A DNA stretch of 63,575 nucleotides, filler included, from Reticulomyxa filosa (lineage: Eukaryota > Protista > Foraminifera): the NCBI GenBank assembly GCA_000512085.1. It is 17 parts of 17 records of this genome, joined end to end, with 100 filler letters (N's around TTAATTAATTAA, not from the genome) between each part and the next. Parts side by side here need not be neighbours in the genome. Positions count along the whole stretch, not along the records: positions 62,572 to 63,575 come from ASPP01046496.1; 16 more parts are not named here. One strand, written 5' to 3'. The number at the start of each line of letters is the position of its first letter. Position 1 is the first letter of the stretch. The position numbers and the translations under genes are program-made. The notes beneath the pieces were generated by a model that saw only the letters and a program-made list of their open reading frames with translations, was not told where the DNA came from and ran no database searches. This document shows, in pieces, positions 62,707 through 63,575 of the stretch.

Positions 62707-63575
62707 AAATTGGACGAAAACTCGCTGTTGGAAGCAGTGAAGGAGATGTTGAAGGTAATGCTCAGCCGACACAGCGAAATCGAATCGAATATGGAGGAGC
62801 ACTTGACACAATTGGATTCGAAAGAAAGTATAGCAGTAGCTATATCGTCTGACCCCTCTCTCGCCGCTGCAAACAGCCCCACGGAAGAGACAAAAGAGAC
62901 AAAGGAAGCAGCTCCGGCCAATGTCCCGCAGACATCACTGATAACACCATTTCAGGTTGGAAGTAGTAATAATATACTTTTACTTTATGTGTTGTTATTG
63001 TTGTTGTTAGTATCGATAATTTCCTCGCTTATGTGGAATTATGAATGTTTTATTAATAAAAATCAATAAAAAAAAATACATAAATAAATAAATAAATAAA
63101 TAAAAAGGCATATCAACGAAATGATATTGATTGGCGAAATGCCTTCAAAGATGGAATTCGTCAGCTGTTCGGCATCGAGCCTCCACCGGACGAAGAGCCG
63201 ATTCCGGAATGGTGGCTGGACCGCAACGCCGAGCGCAGAGCGCACGTGCAACAGATTGTGGTGCGCGACAACTGGGTGGAAAAGCAAGAGACAGAGGCGC
63301 CTGTGCTGTCCAAGAACGCGGACGACTACGTGGACGTGGAAGTGTTCAACGAGTCGGAGGAGGTGCATATGAACGCGGTGTATTTGGATCGCGTGTTGGC
63401 AAGGCCAGTCGAAGATACAATGCGTCGTCTATATATTCCAATGAAATTGAACGACGAAGAGAAACTGGACAATTACCACATTTTGGCCACCGTTTTTGAC
63501 GGCGCCATGCTGGGCTTTTTGATTGATACAGTGCAGCCCAATTTTATTGACACACGTGTCATCCATCTGCCCAAC
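62707..63575 (+). CDS. Protein with a fimbrin/plastin-type calponin-homology domain (exons 62707-62955 and 63108-end; partial)
   Basis: The second exon is not in the ORF track. FNESEEVHMNAVYLDRVL...YIPMKL...TVFDGAMLGFLIDTVQPNFIDTRVIH resembles plastin CH1 (SEEE...WINxxL...IPM...DGxxLxxxINxxxPxxIDERxIN). A phase-0 GT-AG intron joins the exons. Confidence 0.7.

Overview
This window is not one continuous locus. It is 17 short contigs joined by an artificial 100-bp linker (N44-TTAATTAATTAA-N44, stops in all six frames), so no synteny can be read across linkers. Fifteen contigs are AT-rich DNA, mostly clearly eukaryotic, with short spliceosomal introns, poly-Asn microsatellites, expanded WD40 genes and decayed LINEs. 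The style suggests a rhizarian protist such as the foraminiferan Reticulomyxa filosa, which is an inference I cannot verify. Recognisable eukaryotic genes: PMS2-type MutL, neutral sphingomyelinase, sideroflexin, an SPX protein, Fyv7/TAP26, a probable pseudokinase, a divergent Hsp70, HSPA12-like, WD40s, cyanase, a FYVE protein and a fimbrin-type CH-domain protein. Two contigs are bacterial: a GC-rich ornithine decarboxylase fragment, and a DUF2188 <- -> XRE-HTH / ImmA-IrrE metallopeptidase / exonuclease I module. Three findings stand out. (1) Splicing the exons yields a [Cys/His-rich domain]-H2B-H2A histone doublet, with a tandem paralog sharing its first three exons. (2) Splicing also yields a Ras GTPase fused in frame to a multipass membrane domain with PHTF/7TM-ion-channel-like motifs. 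(3) The bacterial HTH/peptidase switch is CapH/CapP-like, has visible operators and divergent promoters, and is coupled to an ssDNA exonuclease I. All family assignments come from motif recognition by eye; no searches were run.
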